Origin: Macrostomum lignano
Lineage: Eukaryota
Length of the DNA: 64,000 nucleotides
Assembly: GCA_002269645.1 (NCBI GenBank)
Contig: NIVC01000974.1
Location: 124,001 to 188,000, forward strand
Direction of reading: 5' to 3'
Positions 21,435-34,200 of this stretch are shown piece by piece. The first letter of the stretch is position 1. Each line of letters starts with the position of its first letter. Under the pieces are notes generated by a model, which searched no databases, was not told the DNA's origin, and was given only the letters and a program-made list of their open reading frames with translations. The position numbers and the translations under genes were made by a program.

Positions 21435-24400
21435 ATGAGCAAGAAGGGACCGCAGATGCCTGACGATTCAAGCCTGTTCCGCATTCCACCGTTCTACTAT
21501 GTGCATGTGCTGGACCAGAACACCAATGTGACCCGCATCGAGATCGGGCCCAGAACTTTCGTTCGCCAAGACAATGAACGAGTGGTGCTGGGCCCAGAGA
21601 AAATGGTTACTGTGCCGCCTAGGCACTATTGCGTCATCGAGAATCCGGTTTTTAAAGACGAGGATGCCAAGGTTGGTTTTTACTGCACTAATTGTTTTAT
21701 CATGTGCCCTCGCTTAGCAATGAGCAGCCAATTTAGAAGCATATATGTATATATATATAAGTCCCGCATTTGAGTTGCCAGCCGTCTAGGAGGAGATACG
21801 CGTTAAACCCGGCCGGTCGATCGATCGATCGATCGACCCACTCAGCTTTAGATATAAGATATTATCATAAATAGTTGTATTTATTTAAATCAGTTACTTC
21901 AACGTGAAGTCAAAGGCTACTGCTTGTAGACTGTAAGCTTGTAAGTTACTTTGTCTTAGAAACTGGATAAGAGCCGGAATGATTTCTAGGAAACCCGGAT
22001 ACTTTTTTAAAAGTGAAAGTTTCTAAGAAACGAATACGATTTCTAAGAATTCTCGGATTAGTAAAGACAATGAATAGCATACTATTTATAACAAAATATT
22101 AACAAACTTAAATAACCAGCTAATTTATAAGAAACCATATTTTTTCAAGAACATTCGGCTTTTTCTATATGACTATATGAAGCTTAAATCAAGTCTTATG
22201 AAGTATTGTGTTCTATGAGCTAAATTGGCCAATTAAGTTGTCAATTTGGTCTCAGTTTGCTCTTATCATTAAATTGCGCTTATCGGATTTTAGTCTGCTT
22301 TCTATATACCTCGTATGATAAGGATTTGTTTGCCAAAAAATTGAAATACAGGTGTGGCTCGGTGAATCATAAGTTTCTAACGGAACTCTCGACTAATAAA
22401 TCGAAGCGGTGAAAAGTGAAAACTTGCCTAGCCTAGTCACATTGACGCGCTTTTCTTAATTAGAACTCCCGTCTGCCTAGCCCTGAGCCAAAACGGTTTT
22501 CACGTAGACAGAATGAATATTGGACTAGTGCAGGGGTCGGTAATCTCCGGCCCCCGGGCCACATGACATGCGGCATGATGCGCGGCTTGAAGCCTCTCTA
22601 TCCGGCCCTCGGGTCCTTTGAAACTTAAAACTAGCAATCCGACCCGCTCAGGAAATGTCTCTTCTCAGCTCTCTTCTCTCCTCTCTTCTCTTCTCTCCCC
22701 TCTTCTCTCCTCTCGTCTTTCCTCCCTTCTCTTCCCTCTTCTCTTCTCTCTCCACTTATCTCCTCTCTTCTCTCATCTCATCTCTCCCCTCAACTCTATT
22801 TTCGCCTCTCCTCCTCTTCTCTCATCTCTATTTGTCATCTCGCTCGCAACAATGGACTGTTATTCTCTACTTGGTCCTTTCTGTAAAAAAGCTTGCCTCT
22901 AGTGGAAGTCGAGTCCGCACTTTTCACATTTCACAGTCTAATTCGGAATCCATCTTAAGCTTAGTGAGTGAACTTAGTGACATGGTTCACTCAGAATGAA
23001 AGACAGAACTGTACGTAACGCGCTATTTCAACACCTTCCCTGCACCCGGCCAGGTGGTGTACGATGAATTCGGTCAGGTGAAGCTGGCCCACGCCGACCA
23101 GGAGATCCGCATGGCGCAGGACCCGTTCCCCCTGTACCCTGGCGAGATTCTCAAGGTCGGCGTGTCGCCGCTGCGCATTGTGCCGCCAAACTCGGCCCTG
23201 CGCCTCAAGGCCCAGCTGGATTTCACCGACGAGGCCGACGTGACGCGGGTGGCCGGCGACGAGTGGCTGTTCGAAGGCCCCGGCACGTACCTGCCACGCA
23301 AGGAGGTCACCGTTGAGGAGGTGGTTCGCGCCACCATTATCCGGCCTAACCAGGTGAGCCGGCTAATTACGCAATAGAAATTCCCTTTGTCCTTCGGGCT
23401 TTTCTCATTGATCATCCCGACGGACCTTCTGGACCTTCACAACAGGTGCTATCACTATTCGCGCTACTAGGAGTAGACTCCTCAGAACACCCATTTTTAT
23501 TAACCTTGACTTGAACCCCATCTGCCCCCTCCCCCCTACTCAGGCGCTGCGCCTACGCGCTCGCAAGGAGTGCAAGGACCGGGACGGCCGGCCCCGCGTC
23601 TGCGGCGAAGAGTGGATCGTGAAGGTGAGCGGCGCCTACCTGCCGGGCGCCTACGAGGAGGTGGTTGCCACGGTCGAGGCGCACATTCTCACCGAGAAGA
23701 AGGCACTGCACATGCGCGCCCTGCGCACCTTTGTTGATGAGTTTCGCAAGACGCGCAAGTCTGGCGAGGAATGGCTCATCACCCTGTCGGACACGGATTC
23801 GCACATCACCGGTGAGAGCGGCCGTCGTGCTTACTGTTGGCTTATTAATAACAATAGTATCGATATTGTACGATTATTAGTCAGTATTATTCATTTGGGC
23901 GTTATCGTGGGCGCCAGCACCCTGGCATCTCAGCAATTCCCGCGTGAGCATTGGCATCTCAGCAATGCCCCCGTGAGCCTTGGCATCTCAGCAATGCCCC
24001 CGTGAGCCTTGGCATCTCAGCAATGCCCCCGTGAGCCTTGGCATCTCAGCAATGCCCACGTGAGCCTTGGCATCTCAGCCACTCCCCGTCTGAGCATTGG
24101 TATCTCAGCATTTCCATCGTGAGTTTTTGATCAGGATTTTGAGGAAATAATGAGATGAAGAGAGTTTATTAAGAACTAGGAAATGTGAACTTAACTGTCA
24201 ACTCGAACTGTCAATTCTCTCCTGCGCATTTCCGCTAATCTTATAGGCGTCCACGAAGAAGTGGTCGGCGTCATCAACATCACGACGCTGAACAACCGAC
24301 AGTACTGCGTCATCTGCGACCCCTGCGACGCGGAGGGCAAGCCGCAGCTGGGCAAGAAGAAGCTGGTCCGGGGCGAGCGCTCCTTTTTCCTGCTGCCCGG

Positions 24401-26929
24401 CGAGAGTCTGGAGAAGGGCATCCAGAGTGTCTACGTGCTGAGCGAGAACGAGGGCCTGATCCTGCGCGCTCTGGAGGAGTTTAAAGAGACCGCCGACAAG
24501 GTGCGCAAGCCCGGCGACCGCTGGATGATCCGCGGCCCAGTTGAATACGTGCCGCCCGTTGAAGTCGACGTCGTCTGCAAGCGGACGGCTATCCCGCTGG
24601 ACGTTAACGAGGGCATCTACGTGCGCGACATCAAGTCCGGCAAGGTGCGCTGCGTCTCCGGCGAGACGTACATGCTGAGCCACGACGAGGAGCTGTGGGA
24701 GAAGCACCTGCCACCGGCCGTTGAGACCCTGCTGGCCTCGCAGAAGGACCCACTGGCCGACAGGTCGGACCGGAGCAAGCACGACGCCGAGTCCAAGCAG
24801 CGGGACCGCACCCGCAGCGTCACCCTGCGCGTGCCGCACAACGCCGCCGTGCAGATCTACGACTACAAGGCCAAGGTGGCCCGCGTGGTGTTCGGCCCCG
24901 AGCTGGTCATGCTCAACCCTGATGAGCAGTTCACCCAGCTCTCATTGTCTGGCGGCAAGCCCAAGAAGCCCAACGTGATCAAGTCGCTGTGCCTGCTGCT
25001 CGGCCCCGACTTCTGCACCGACATTATCACCCTGGAGACCTCCGACCACGCCAGGCTGCAGATCCAGCTGTCCTACAACTGGCACTTCGACACCAGCAAG
25101 TGCATCACCGACGCCAAGGAGGCTGCCAAGCTCTTCTCCGTGCCCGACTTTGTCGGCGACATGTGCAAGGCCGTGGCCAGCCGGGTGCGCGGCGCCGTTG
25201 CGGCTGTCGGCTTCGACGATTTCCATCGCAATTCGGCGCGCATCATCCGCGGCGCGCTGTTCGGCTTCAGCGAGCAGGGCAAGATCCGGGACGAGTTCCG
25301 CATGCCGCAGAACAACCTGGTCATCACCTCGGTGGACATCCAGAATGTGGAGCCGGTGGAGCAGCGGACCCGCGACGCGCTGCAGAAGTCCGTGCAGCTA
25401 GCCATCGAGATCACCACCAACTCGCAGGAGGCCACGGCCAGGCAGGAGGCCGAGCGGCTCGAGCAGGAGGCCCGCGGCAAGCTGGAGCGCCAGAAGATCT
25501 CAGACGAGGCTGAGGCTGAGAAGTCCAGGCGGGAGCTGCTGGAGCTGCAGGTGCGTTCGCCCGAAGTGTTACCTGTGCTGTTCTGGAAAGCTCACTCACT
25601 CTACTCAGTGTCTGTTAACTGTTTCTGTAATAGGTTTCTTAACTCATCCTCACTAACCCAACAAGCTTCCCAAGCCACAATAAGCTCTTAAGCCACAATA
25701 AGCTCTTAAGCCACAATAAGCTCTTAAGCCACAATAAGCTCTTAAGCCACAATGAGCTCCCAAGCCACAATAAGCTCCCAAGCCACAATAAACTCCCAAG
25801 TCACAATAAGCTCCCAAGCCACAATAAGCTCTTAACTCACAATAAGCTCGCAAGCCACAATAAGCTCCCAAGCCACAATAAGCTCGCAAGCCACAATAAG
25901 CTCTTAAGTCACAATAAGCTCGCAAGCCACAATAAGCTCCCAAGCCACAATAAGCTCCCATGTCACAATGAGCTCCCAAGCCACAATACATGTAAGCTCG
26001 CAAGCCACAATAAGCTCGCAAGCCACAATGAGCTCGCAAGCCACAATGAGCTCGCAAGCCACAATAAGCTCGCAAGCCACAATGAGCTCGCAAGCCACAA
26101 TGAGCTCGCAAGCCACAATAAGCTCCCAAGCCACAATAAGCTCCCAAGCCACAATGAGCTCCCATGTCACAATAAGCTCCCAAGCCACAATAAGCTCCCA
26201 AGCCACAATGAGCTCCCCAACCCACCTGTCCCATCTTCGCCAGGCTCACTCGGCGGCCGTGGAGAGCACCGGCCAGGCGAAGGCGGAGGCGCAGTCCCGC
26301 GCGGAGGCGGCCCGCATCGAAGGCCAGGCGGCCGTGGAGCAGGCCCGCCTGCGTTCCGAGGCCCTGGGCATCGAGTCCACCGCCGAGCTGGAGCGGGTGA
26401 AGCTGGCCCGCGAGGCCGAGCTGGCCTACCAGCGCGAGCAGAACGACCTGGACGTGACGCGCCAGAAGGAGCTTTCAGAGATCGAAGTGGAAAAGTTCAA
26501 GCGCTTCGTGGACGCCATCGGCACCGACACCCTCCGGGCTATGGCCAACGCCGGGCCGGAGATGCAGGTGGGTGGTGCGGGGATTGTGATGCAGGAAGTG
26601 GGATGCAGGAGTCAGGATGCAGGAACTGGGATGCAGGAGTCGGGATGCAGGATGTGGGATGCTGGAATCGGGATGCAGGAAGTGGAATGTTGGAGTCGAT
26701 ATGCGGGTATCGGGATCTTCAATGACAGATAGACAAACAAGAACTTAGTCCCGAATTTCTGTACATCACTCTCTAGGTGAAGATGCTGCAGAGCCTGGGC
26801 CTGAAGTCCACGCTGATCACGGACGGCAACTCGCCCATCAACCTGTTCAGCACCGCGCACGGCCTGATTGGTGGCGAGATGATGTCCCGGATGCAGCGTG
26901 ACCGGGGCTCCGAGCACGTGCCCGAATGA
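21435..26929 (+). CDS. MVP: Major vault protein, ~861 aa; exons 21435-21671, 23054-23353, 23544-23811, 24247-25550, 26244-26567, 26777-26929
   Basis: Characteristic MVP sequence throughout: [88 protein letters not shown]-terminal [17 protein letters not shown]. All five introns GT-AG and phase-compatible. Confidence 0.97.
22531..22835. mobile_element. hAT-like MITE end (CAGGGGTCGGTAATCTCCGGCCC) followed by a TC-rich low-complexity tract, MVP intron 1
   Basis: Start resembles the CAGGGGTCGGCAA terminus typical of hAT elements; no partner TIR found. Confidence 0.35.
23915..24115. repeat. ~30-bp minisatellite (GAGCCTTGGCATCTCAGCAATGCCCCCGT), MVP intron 3
   Basis: About six visible units. Confidence 0.9.
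25663..26220. repeat. 18-bp minisatellite (AGCCACAATAAGCTCGCA)n, MVP intron 4
   Basis: About 30 units ending ~20 bp before the exon 5 acceptor. Confidence 0.95.
26568..26715. repeat. Degenerate GGGATGCAGGA-based repeat filling MVP intron 5
   Basis: Repeated GATGCAGG cores at ~14-bp spacing directly after the donor. Confidence 0.75.
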
Positions 26930-27014
26930 GCGCGGCCGGCCTCGATTAAGCGGATTTCAATTCTGAAACCCACCTATGTCACTTTTTATGGGACCTTTTC
27001 TCATTGATGATTTC

Positions 27015-27020
27015 AATAAA
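27015..27020 (+). terminator. Candidate polyadenylation signal of MVP
   Basis: AATAAA ~85 bp after the MVP stop codon. Confidence 0.55.
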
Positions 27021-28307
27021 AAGTGTTCAACCAGACACTAGCTGAATGGCCTTGCAGGTCCACTTACAATATACCATGACATCCCGTTGAAAAACATTGC
27101 CCTAACCAGAGTCGCTCAAGAGTCATCGCAAACAACTCACTAGTGACTCTTGTGACTCTTCATTGCAATACGACGGTGAGGCGACTGTTGAGTCACGAGC
27201 GCGTCACGTGAGTTGCAGAATCGTAAAACCCAAGCCGCAAAAAGTCGTCCGAGAGCCGTTGTGTTAGCGCTTTAATTTCTACTAACTCGAGTAGACTAAA
27301 TAGAGTTGTCATAAATGCAAAAAGCGATTCCAATTCATAAAGCAGATGCGCTTTAGACGCAACCCAGTGATTCTACAGCGACTCTGGCACGTCTCAGATC
27401 CGACTCTACGGCCCCAGAGTCATTTCAGAGTCGCAGGCAATAGAACGCCTCAAATTGACTCTTAGGTGACTCTTTGACGACTTTTTGGCGACTATCAGAC
27501 TGGAACTTGTAGGATTGCTAGGGATGGAACAGCTCCGCCCGCGGTGCACCCTGCGACCCCATTTTACTCCAAGCCCAACCAGAGTTAGGTAGTATCTATA
27601 TACACTGAACATTTAATATAACAGTTTATTCAAGCGCGTATAAAACCCACACTGTCTGCTATTTTGCGACTCCTCATATTTCTTTTTGAATTTTGTTTGC
27701 CCATTCAATAATAGATATACCTGCACCACCTGTTGGCACAATACAATTCTTTTTCCCATGGTTATTCTTTCTCTTATTCCGACATCCGGTACTTATCACT
27801 ATTTTAGTTTTTTTTCTATCGTTTTCGCTCTATCGATTCCCTCAACCCAAATCGGTCTTTGAGTCTTGACTCGTTAATGAAGCTTTTGCTGCTTGATGAG
27901 TAGTTTTGAATACGGCTTCAAGAGAGTAATAGAGTCCGATATGAGTTCTGAGCTCTCTGGGTCAGCCGAGGGCCGAGGCCTCACCACCAGGCATGGCTGT
28001 GCGTGACTATTTTATCTCTCTTTAACATATATTTTGCGCGTGTGTGTGCCTTTTGACTTTTCTAACCAGAGCCGAGAAATTTACTTCTTTTCTCCCGTTG
28101 CATTCTGTAGTTTAAACAAAAGTGTGTTTTTTGTTACTCTTCAAACAAGATTAGCGTCATTCTAGCTAGGTTAATTAATCTAATAAACAAAATTTTTACA
28201 CTAGCTTATTTCTCTGCACTTTTTGTTTTGTTTTAATCATTGACTTTACCACCGGCCATTTAGTCAGCAAATCACGTGACCTACACGGCATCGCACATGC
28301 CACTATT

Positions 28308-29010
28308 TTAGGATGCTTGAGGAGGCATTAGACCGTATCAATAAAATTGTCAGGACTCTTAGGTTGCTTGAAGGCGGCATTGTGTCAGAACTTTAGGATG
28401 CTTGAATAAGGCATTGTGTCAGAACTCTAGAATGCCTGAGGAAGGCGTTGTGTCAGAACTCTCAGGATGCTTGGAGGCATTATGTCAGGACTCTCAGGAC
28501 GCTTGAAGGAGGCATTGTGTCAGAACTCTAGAATGCCTGAGGAAGGCGTTGTGTCAGAACTCTCAGGATGCTTGGAGGCATTATGTCAGGACTCTCAGGA
28601 CGCTTGAAGGAGGCATTGTGTCAGAACTCTAGAATGCCTGAGGAAGGCGTTGTGTCAGAACTCTCAGGATGCTTGGAGGCATTATGTCAGGACTCTCAGG
28701 ATGCTTAAAGGAGGCATTGTGTCAGAACTCTAGGATGCTTGAATAAGGCATTCTAGGATGCTTGAAGGAGGCATTGTGTCAGAACTCTAGGTTGCTTGAA
28801 TAAGGCATTCTTGGATGCTTGAAGGAGGCATTGTGTCAGAACTCTAGGATGCTTGAATAAGGCATTCTAGGATGCTTGAAGGAGGCATTGTGTCAGAACT
28901 CTAGGTTGCTTGAAGGAGGCATTCTTGGATGCTTGAAGGAGGCATTGTGTCAGGACTCTCAGGATGCTTGGAGGCATTGCATTAGGACTCTAGGATGCTT
29001 GAAAGAGCAA
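28308..29010. repeat. ~33-bp minisatellite (GAGGCATTGTGTCAGAACTCTAGGATGCTTGAA) with a ~100-bp higher-order trimer
   Basis: Monomers visible; a three-monomer block recurs at ~101-bp spacing between ~28400 and 28710. Confidence 0.9.
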
Positions 29011-30395
29011 TTGTGATCGAGAGTACTTGAAAGAGACCTTTTGTGTCGTGTCCAGTTGTAGAGCAAGGCATTGATACAAGTGCATATGCAATAGTCGATA
29101 AATTTCATCCTTTCGTCCAGCTCATTATATAAAACTGAGTTTGGTAGATCGAAATCAGGTACAGTATTATGTACTAATTAGAGCAGAGTACAGAACTTTA
29201 TCACTCCAGCTGGAACGTTCACTTGCTAGATTCACCGGCCGCAACCATTCCTATATCTTGCACTTGGTCGGCTCAGCGGCGCTGTTTGTACACAAGCTAC
29301 CAGCAGGACACTTGGTGCATTCTTTGGACCCCTTCGTGTTGGCGAAGCTGCCTGGTGAACACTAAAAACGGCTCACACTTGCCTTCGTAAAATAGAGCAG
29401 GCGCTCAACCCGGCTCGGTCAGCAATGCTTCCTGCCGGGTGCACTGGGTGCTACATATATAAAGCAACAATATTTGAATAAAACAAGACGCCTTTTTGTT
29501 TTATTTTTGTCTGGCTATAGGTGAAACGAAACTAAAACATGAGAACACTCAGGCAGCGGTTCGACAAAAATAAAATGTTTTAGTGATAAGTACAAGTGCA
29601 TGCTTGTTATTATCGAATTCGAAAATATTGAAAAAGAAGAAAACTACTGAATAGTGCTGAGCTGAGGTTAAAGTTAAAGTTATTTATTGTTGCTTATCTA
29701 AGATTGTCGGCAGTTCCAGTTTGTCGACCTGTCGTGTTGCTTTTGCTTAAAAGTACATGCAGCTTAAAAAGTAATGTTGTAGTACGTGTTGCTGTTTTAT
29801 TTGATTAGGAAATATTGAATATTAGGGAATAAATATAATAAATCATTAGATCCTGAGATTTACACGTACAGCGATGAGTGATACACTTATATCACGGATG
29901 GTTACTCTGGAAAATAGATACAGTGCAACAAAAGCTGCGAGCGGCCTTGTTATGAGTATAACATGGCGTAAAACTCAAAGATCGGGTGTTTTTTGGGATC
30001 AATTTCCTGAAAAAATACGCTGTGAAGATCGGAAAAATCCTTTTTTCATCACTTGATCTGGGCAAGTGTGGTCTGGGCACTTCTATTAATTTAGCATGCA
30101 CAGCACGTTTCTCTGTTGCATTTTATATGGTTGTGTGGTGAAGGTTTCATTTTCATATTTTTATTTCATAAGTAAATCTGTAGTTTTGTTTCATAGATTT
30201 TTGCTATCTCCATCGATTTTTGCTATTTTTTATGGAGATTGGCAAAAACATTACACGATCCTTGAGCTTTACGTCCTGTTTATACTGCAGCAGTCCTTGG
30301 CTGCGAGCACAGCCAGAGAATTCAAAGTTTTGTCTGCTTTATTTTTGTTAAATAAATTTTTAATTGTTCACTGCAGATCAGTCTGAAGTCTCAGC

Positions 30396-30884
30396 TCACT
30401 TCTTGCTTGGCGGCGGCACCACAGTGGTGGGGACGTGGCTGTGATGCAGCACGTAGTCCGACACCGAGCCCATGAAAGTGCGCCGCATGGTGCCAAGCCC
30501 GCGACAGCCCATTACCACCAAGTCGGCGGGGACCTCCCGCATCATGGCGCAAAGAGCCTCGCCCGGATTGGCTGACACGCGATTGTGGACGAAGATGTTG
30601 GACTCGGCCAGGTCCGGCATGAGCCGCTTCAGCCAGTTGTCGCGCGCTCGAGCCTGCATCTCCTCGGTCTCGCGCACCCGCTTGCTCCAGGCCTCCTCGT
30701 ACTTGCTGGCCCTGTGGCCGCCGCCGAATCCGGTGCCAGTGTTGTAGTCCGGTGGATCCACCACGCTCAACAGGTGCAGCCGGTCTTCCGGCTTAGCCAA
30801 GTACTCGGCGTAGTAGGCCATGGCGTCATGGCTCTGCTGACTGCCGTCGATGCACAGAGCGATGTTACGTTGGCTGGGAGACAT
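30396..30884 (-). CDS. Universal stress protein A (UspA/USP) family protein, 162 aa, intronless
   Basis: N-terminal NIALCIDGS; C-terminal ADLVVMGCRGLGTMRRTFMGSVSDYVLHHSHVP, containing the G-2x-G-9x-G-S ATP-binding signature. Confidence 0.95.
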   Translation of the reverse strand: MSPSQRNIALCIDGSQQSHDAMAYYAEYLAKPEDRLHLLSVVDPPDYNTGTGFGGGHRASKYEEAWSKRVRETEEMQARARDNWLKRLMPDLAESNIFVHNRVSANPGEALCAMMREVPADLVVMGCRGLGTMRRTFMGSVSDYVLHHSHVPTTVVPPPSKK

Positions 30885-31774
30885 TGTAGTTGTTTACTGT
30901 TTTGCGCTTGTTTTTGAGATGCAAGAGAGGTTCTCGCGAGCGAACGAACAGCTTCTTAGTTATTCAACCCATTTATACACCCTTTTTGCACGACAGGCAG
31001 AGGGAGAGAGAAAGAGGGGAGAGGTGCATGCACGATGGACGGCAGGTAGAGACGATACCGGCACGTTATTACTGTTCACACGGGTTGCGCACCTATTATA
31101 TGGATGAGAAGATGGTTGCGCGGGTGCTCCAATGACCGGGCCGGGTGCATATCTACAGTAATTCGAAGGTTGCTTATAACCTTTAAGTGAAACCGAATAG
31201 AAATGCTGCACGCTCTTTATATCACCCATTTCTCGCATTCATGTGCCATCACTAGTGAGTTGTGAGCTCGGCGGAAAACACAGCAGCAACCCTCACTTCT
31301 CTCCCACAGAAGTAAACTATACACAATACTTCTACAGCAGAATTGGAGGCAAGAGGCCATTCTGTTGAACTGCATTGAGGCCTCTATTGTTACATTGTTT
31401 TCGCCTGGCCGCCTGGCCTGGCTGTGTAGTCAGTGCTCGCTCAGCCTTGGGTAGTAGCTCATAATCGGCATGCAGTAGAAAGCATTCAATCCTAAATTGC
31501 ATTTAAGTTGGTGTGGCCAAGCTCTGGCCAAGCATATTCCTATGTAAAATACAGAGTTACTGTGCCTGGCTGAGCACACCAATGGCACCTTATTACATTG
31601 TCAAACTGATATTTTTGATGCAGCACCCACTCAAGCGTACAGCCTCATTCGTTTTATTTGGCTTCATTCATGGGTATATTGCCAGTAAACTCTAAATATG
31701 AACGCTCTGAGAATGAACGCGATTCTTTTTGCTTTATATTATTGTGTCTTGATGTCTTGATCTTGCTGGGCGCC

Positions 31775-32295
31775 CTTGTCTCTTGGTGTGCGTTACACTA
31801 TCTCTTGATAATGCGCCACTGTCTCTTGGTGAGCGCCATTGTCTCTTGGTAATGCGCCACTGTCTCTTGGTAATGCGCCACTGTCTCTTGGTGTGCGCCA
31901 CTGTCTCTTGGTGTGCGCCACTGTCTCTTGGTAATGCGCCACTGTCTCTTGGTGTGCGCCACTGTCTCTTGGTGTACGCCACTGTCTCTTGGTGTGCGCC
32001 ACTGTCTCTTACAATTGGTGTGCGCTAATGTCTCTTGGTGTGCGCTAATGTCTCTTGGTGTGCGCTAATGTCTCTTGGTGTGCGCTAATGTCTCTTGGTG
32101 TGCGCTAATGTCTCTTGGTGTGCGCTAATGTCTCTTGGTGTGCGCTAATGTCTCTTGGTGTGCGCTAATGTCTCTTGGTGTGCGCTAATGTCTCTTGGTG
32201 TGCGCTAATGTCTCTTGGTGTGCACTAATGTCTCTTGGTGTGCACTAATGTCTCTTGGTGTGCGCTAATGTCTCTTGGTGTGCGCCACTGTCTTG
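31775..32295. repeat. 20/21-bp minisatellite: TGTCTCTTGGT(A)ATGCGCCAC-type units switching to TGTCTCTTGGTGTGCGCTAA
   Basis: Visible array with a polarised switch of unit type near 32025. Confidence 0.95.
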
Positions 32296-33130
32296 GTGAG
32301 TCTTAAAAAACTATACCGGTGTTTCCTTTCCTCTCACTGTTCAGCCTCACAAAACAGAGCCTCGAACATCGTCTAATGCACCGGCAGGAATGATGAAATT
32401 CATGGCACGTTGCCAAGCACAGTACGCGCGCTAAGTTTGAAATTTAAGTCCTATCCGAACAGGTATGCAGGATCAATAGAACGAAGGACAGAGCTACCTT
32501 GTTGTCAAAAGGAAGATATGCAAATTCAATGGACATACAAGATCAGAGTAAAATTCACGCACAAACTTTTAGAAACCGACTTTTTCGATAGTAAGAAACT
32601 GGAGAATCCTAAATTGTCTCCCGCGCCCGGATGGCTGAGCAATTACTAAATCTTTGTTATTTAGTTGGCAGGCCGTTTCACTAGCCTAGGCTCTAATTGG
32701 ACACGAGGGTCTGCAAAGGACCTTTATTAAAGGTCTACAAAGGACATGCTTCCCTCGACAACGTCACCGTTCACAAAGCATAGAAGGTGTCACTAAAAAA
32801 ATCTAATTTCTTAAATTTGAATATAGAAATGATGAAAACAAATGTACATGTAAAAATAAATTAACTAAGAATATCTGACACATTATGACTTCTTTGCACT
32901 TTTGGGATTAAAACATTTTGCATCACTCTGAGTGGGAGCTTGAAGCGAGAGAGTTTTATGAGGAGAGTTCGTCTACTAACAAGTAGAAAGTATAGAGTAA
33001 AGCACGAAAAATTTGAAAAATCGAGAGAGCGCAAGCAAAAGTAATAACTCTGTCTTGCAGATTTATTAGCTACTAAGGTTCGATTCCAGTTTTTGCTAGA
33101 TGACACTTGACTTAAGAAAGTGGCAGTTTT

Positions 33131-33350
33131 CAGCGGCGTACCCAGGAATTCCCATTGGGCCGCCATTTGGGTTAAGGGGTGGGGTCGGATTACATTTGTG
33201 ATGTAGCTTGTCAGTTATCTATTGACTTGACAGTTGGTCAAAGGTAGGCCAGTAAAAGATGGAAGAGAAAGTGGTACTCAGCCTGGTGGCCGCCGCCACC
33301 ACAGACCTCCGTCACCCCCCCCCCCAGGCAATTGATGTTATACGCCACTG
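33131..33350. mobile_element. hAT-type MITE, 220 bp
   Basis: Termini CAGCGGCGTA...TACGCCACTG; flanking 8-mers GCAGTTTT / ACAGTTTT (7/8 match), consistent with an 8-bp TSD. Confidence 0.7.
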
Positions 33351-33557
33351 ACAGTTTTGGACTTTTATTTGTGGTTTGCGTGTCATACTGCAATTTGCAA
33401 TTTTAATGAATCATCTTAATAAACCTGTCAATCCGCATATTCCTAAATGTCTAAGATCTTTACAACACTAATGCTGATTACAATACTGATACTAGTGAGT
33501 AGTGATGCATCGCACTCGTACTGTAAGGTTAATAAGAGGTTGAAAAGTATGAATATA

Positions 33558-34199
33558 CTCAGCAACAGCTAAACCCCCCCCCCCAACTCACGCTGTCACA
33601 CGGGCACAAAAGTTAAGCAATGTCTTTAATTCTAGTCTCAGTATCGTGTGTAGGAACCACGAGCATGCATTGCCGTGACTCGTCGTGGCATCCTGATCAC
33701 CAGCCGGTTGATGAACTCTTGGGGCAGCTGCTGCCAGACATTCAGCACCGCCAGTCGCAACTGTTCAGCATTCTGTGGGGCATCTTGCTGAACTCTTCGC
33801 TTTACAAAGTCCCAGACATGCTCGATGCGGTTCATGTCTGGAGACTTTGACGGCCAGTTCAATGTGCGAATGCCGAGCTGCTCCTTCAGCAGCTGCACGT
33901 GTGCTGCTCGATGTGGCGCAGCGTTGTCGTCTTGAAGAATGCAGTTCTGCGGGCCGCCAAAGGTTGTCGTAGCAAATGGCAGAAACTGCTGCTGTAGCTG
34001 TAGCTCTGATGGTTTACCATTGCGCAATGCAGCCACTAGTGGGTTGAGTTGCGCCACCCCCTCCCCAAATCCCCCATGCCGCACTTTGCGCTCGCGTCTG
34101 GCGGCGGCAGCCTTCACACATTTCTGAGTCACCGATGGCATACAAAACTTTTAGGCCGTGTGACAGCGTGAGTTGGGGGGGGGTTTAGCTGTTGCTGAG
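33558..34199 (-). mobile_element. Internally deleted Tc1 (DD34E) transposon, 642 bp, with ~45-bp TIRs and TA TSD
   Basis: TIRs CTCAGCAACAGCTAAAC(C)nAACTCACGCTGTCACACGG at 33558-33603, reverse complement at 34156-34199; TA on both sides. Internal ILQDDNAAPH...WPSKSPDMNRIEHVW has 34 residues between D and E. The N-terminal DNA-binding region is absent. Confidence 0.93.
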
Positions 34200-34200
34200 T

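Noticed and set aside
25968-26243. SSQAT repeats as part of MVP in the ORF track
   Set aside because: Intronic 18-bp array; clean splice sites at 25550/26244 restore the canonical MVP sequence.
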